Origin: an uncultured Acidimicrobiia bacterium
Lineage (GTDB): Bacteria > Actinomycetota > Acidimicrobiia > Acidimicrobiales > AC-14
Direction: 5' to 3'
Length of the DNA stretch: 64,000 bases
NCBI GenBank assembly: GCA_963836205.1
Contig: CAWIIV010000015.1
Location: 1 to 64,000, forward strand
Below, piece by piece: positions 61,377 through 64,000 of this stretch (within the stretch, counting starts at the first letter, position 1; each line of letters starts with the position of its first letter). The notes beneath the pieces were generated by a model. It was not told where the DNA came from, searched no databases, and saw only the letters and a list, made by a program, of their open reading frames with translations. The translations under genes were made by a program, and so were the position numbers.

Positions 61377-61994
61377 TCACCGCGGGTGATCCTGCCCCCG
61401 GCGGTGGACGGAGACGGCCCGGTGGACGGAGACGGCGTAGTCGCCGCCCCCGAACGGCCGGCGGTCCCAGGTCGCCCACCGCCCGGCCGGCTCGAGCCCG
61501 GCGTCCCGGCAGTGGCGGTCGTAGGCGTCGAGGTCGAGGCGCTCGGGTTGGAGCTGGAAGCCGGCGACGAGGTGGCCCCCGGGGCGTACGTGGCGGGCCA
61601 GGTTGGCCACCACCGCGGCCTCGGTGCCGGGGGCGAGGAAGATCATGACGTTGCCCGCGAGCACGACGACGTCGAAGTCCCGGCCCAGGTCGACGCTCGC
61701 CAGGTCGCCCTCCACCCACCGCAGATCGGGACGCTTGGCGCGCGCCCCGGCCAGCATCGACGGGTCGAGGTCGACACCCACGGCCTCGATCCCCCGCCGG
61801 GCCAGCTCGATCGCCACCCGGCCCGTCCCGCAGCCGGCGTCGAGCACCGCCGCCGGCGCCAGGCTCTCGACGAAATCGGCTTCGCCGTGGACGTTCCTGC
61901 CCTCCGCCGCCATCCGCACCCACCGCTCGTCGTAGGCCGCGCCCCGGGGCACGTCTCGGGCCAGCCATCGGTTCTCCGGCGGATGCTCGTCGAT
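61377..61994 (-). CDS. Class I SAM-dependent methyltransferase (start uncertain: ATC 61994 or GTG 62042)
   Basis: HGEADFV, VLDAGCGTGRV, GVDLD, FD...LAGNV. Confidence 0.88.
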   Translation of the reverse strand: MDEHPPENRWLARDVPRGAAYDERWVRMAAEGRNVHGEADFVESLAPAAVLDAGCGTGRVAIELARRGIEAVGVDLDPSMLAGARAKRPDLRWVEGDLASVDLGRDFDVVVLAGNVMIFLAPGTEAAVVANLARHVRPGGHLVAGFQLQPERLDLDAYDRHCRDAGLEPAGRWATWDRRPFGGGDYAVSVHRAVSVHRRGQDHPR

Positions 61995-62144
61995 ACCGCC
62001 ACTATGGCGTGAATTTGCGCGGATTCGGGGGGTTCGCCTCACCCCTGGGATCCAGTGACAGCACCCTGTTTCGGAACGGTGCTCCTCAATAGGTTGACCT
62101 CATCGGGCCAGGGGATGTGGCCCCGAGGGGAAGGCGGGCTCGAC

Positions 62145-63464
62145 ATGAGTCTCTTCGGCGTCGACATCGATTACACCCGGGAGTCGTTCGACTTCGGGGC
62201 GTTTGCCAACCAAGGCCACCGCTTCGCGTGGATCAAGGCCACCGAGGGCCGTACCTGGCCCGACCAGGACGAGCCCGGGCTGGTGCCCGTGTTCGCCGCC
62301 ATGCGCCAGCGCATGGCCGCCGCCGGGCTCCTCTACCGGGGGATGTACCACTTCGCCCGACCCGACAACAACCCCGACCCGACGACCGAGGCGGCCCACT
62401 TCGTGGCCTACCTGGGCGGGCGGCTGGAGCCGGGTGAGGCGGTGATGCTCGACTGGGAGCCGGCCCACGTGGGCCTGGTGACCGACCCCGAGCGCTGCCA
62501 GGACTGGGTTATCGGCTGGGTCGACGCGGTCGAGGCCGCACTGCCCGCGGTCCGGGGCAAGATCGGCTTCTACGCCAACGCCGGCGAGGTGGCGCGGATC
62601 AAGACCGACCGCATCGCCGCCCGCTGCCGGCTCCACGTGGCCGCCTACGGCCCCGACGACGGGCAGCAGCACCCGGGCGCCCTCGGCCTGACCTCGTTCC
62701 CGGGACAGGTCGACCTGTGGTCGGCACCGACGTTCTGGCAGTTCACCAGCGCCGCCCGCCTCGACTTCTTCGGGATGGCCCTCGACATGAACCGCTTCGA
62801 CGGCGACGAGCAGGCGCTGCGGGCGCTGGCCGCGGAGGAGTCGTCGGGCAACGGCAACGGCGCCGCTCCGGTGGCGAGCCCCGTCCCCCCCATGATCGAG
62901 GTGCCGGCGGCCGGCGGGGCGCTCGACGGCCTGACCGTGGAGCAGGCCAAGGCCCAGATCTTGGCCTGGCAGTGGGAGGACACCGCCGCCTTCCAGCAGG
63001 GCTTCGCCTGGTTCGACATCGCGGTCGACGGCGACGTCGGCACCGAGACGGCCAAGGCGGTGGCCAAGGTGCTGGCCGAGAAGGGCAAGCTCTCGCCCCA
63101 CTTCCACATGGACGAGTTCCGGTCGACCAACAACAAGCGCATCCGCATCCACCGGGAGCTCATCCTGGCCCTGGAGAAGGCGCGGGAGAAGCTCGGCGCC
63201 CCCATCAACATCACGTCCGGCTACCGCGACCCGCAGCACCCGCTCAGCATCGGCCGCCCCGGCAGCCAACACGTCCTCGGCTGTGCCGTCGATCCCGACC
63301 CCTACCTGCCGCCCCACGTGGTGGAGGGCTGCGGGTTCTCGGGGATCGGCATGAGCGTGGTGGCCGACCCGGGCAAGGTGTCGCACGTCGACGTCCGCCA
63401 CGCCAGCCCGGTCAACCCCACGAACTCGACTCCCGGCGAGCCGGCCATCTTCGAGGACAACTGA
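62145..63464 (+). CDS. Peptidoglycan hydrolase: GH25 muramidase + PG-binding-like segment + peptidase M15A
   Basis: GVD, IKATEG, YHFA, LDWE, WQFTS, DMN; VDGDVG.ET; LSPHF..DEF, ITSGYR, SQH..G.AVD, HVDVR. Confidence 0.88.
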   Translation: MSLFGVDIDYTRESFDFGAFANQGHRFAWIKATEGRTWPDQDEPGLVPVFAAMRQRMAAAGLLYRGMYHFARPDNNPDPTTEAAHFVAYLGGRLEPGEAVMLDWEPAHVGLVTDPERCQDWVIGWVDAVEAALPAVRGKIGFYANAGEVARIKTDRIAARCRLHVAAYGPDDGQQHPGALGLTSFPGQVDLWSAPTFWQFTSAARLDFFGMALDMNRFDGDEQALRALAAEESSGNGNGAAPVASPVPPMIEVPAAGGALDGLTVEQAKAQILAWQWEDTAAFQQGFAWFDIAVDGDVGTETAKAVAKVLAEKGKLSPHFHMDEFRSTNNKRIRIHRELILALEKAREKLGAPINITSGYRDPQHPLSIGRPGSQHVLGCAVDPDPYLPPHVVEGCGFSGIGMSVVADPGKVSHVDVRHASPVNPTNSTPGEPAIFEDN

Positions 63465-63468
63465 CCGC

Positions 63469-63518
63469 CAACCGGTGACGGATCCGGTGGCTCTGGCCCC
63501 CGGATCTGTCACCGGTTG
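63469..63518. terminator. Long inverted repeat (terminator or REP-like)
   Basis: CAACCGGTGACGGATCCGG...CCGGATCTGTCACCGGTTG. Confidence 0.7.
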
Positions 63519-63545
63519 CCTCGGCGGGCCGTACGATGGGCCCGA

Positions 63546-63937
63546 TGGCGCGGCAACCCCTGCACCGGCTGTGGCTGGCCCTGGTGGTCGTCGCGGCTGC
63601 GGTCGGGGTGGCCGGCGGCCTCCTCGCCGGAGGATCCGACCCGGGTGCGACCCGACCTCCCTCGGCCGCCCACGACCCGGCTGCGGTCAGCTTCACCCCG
63701 AGCGGGGTCGAGGCCGCGGTCGTGCCGGCCCGGACGGAGACGGCGCCCGCCGCCGGTGCCGCCCGCCACGGGTCGGGGCGGGGGCTCCTGCCGCTGGTCG
63801 CCGCCCTCGTGGGCCTGGCCGCCGCCCTCGGCACTCGGGCCCGGCTGGTCCGGCCACCGACGCCCGGTGGCCAGCCCCTCCGGGCCCGTCGCCACGCCAT
63901 CGCCCGGCGCGCCCCACCTTCGCTCCAGCTCGCCTGA
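63546..63937 (+). CDS. Hypothetical membrane protein (start approximate)
   Basis: Two hydrophobic segments, C-terminal RRAPP motif; -10 TACGAT upstream. Confidence 0.5.
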
Positions 63938-64000
63938 CGTCACCGTCGTCGTAGCGCCGCGCCCTCCGCCGAGGGCCGGCCGGAGCTGCCCGGGCCGACC

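Noticed and set aside
62145-64000. Prophage
   Set aside because: Only a lysin-like gene; no integrase, terminase, capsid, tail or clear holin in the window

Overview
Very GC-rich bacterial DNA, most likely actinobacterial. Evidence: furA-katG pair, mycothiol-type MDMPI protein, SARP regulator and many leaderless TAnnnT-N6/7-start genes; an Acidimicrobiia-like host is my inference. No rRNA, tRNA, CRISPR array, transposase, integrase or phage structural gene was found. The window is mostly accessory genes: (1) two translationally coupled giant uncharacterised genes (0.2-8.8 kb); (2) a NarL-type two-component system between two duplicated secreted Calx-beta-like genes; (3) stress/repair genes (furA-katG, TerB-like, LigD-type PrimPol) and two type II TA modules; (4) a PadR-ABC exporter operon and a secreted protein with a colicin-M-like C-terminal motif; (5) CopC/D and a lipid-linked glycosylation cluster; (6) the best candidate for an undescribed system, at 49.6-60 kb, with three radical SAM enzymes, a DegT-type aminotransferase, an HD phosphohydrolase, a nucleotidyltransferase and an apparently split PEP-synthase-like phosphotransferase, suggesting modified amino-nucleoside or amino-sugar chemistry; (7) a GH25 + M15 dual peptidoglycan hydrolase. 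At least five genes carry apparent frameshifts, mostly in short G/C runs, probably long-read assembly errors. All calls come from motif reading by eye; no searches were run.
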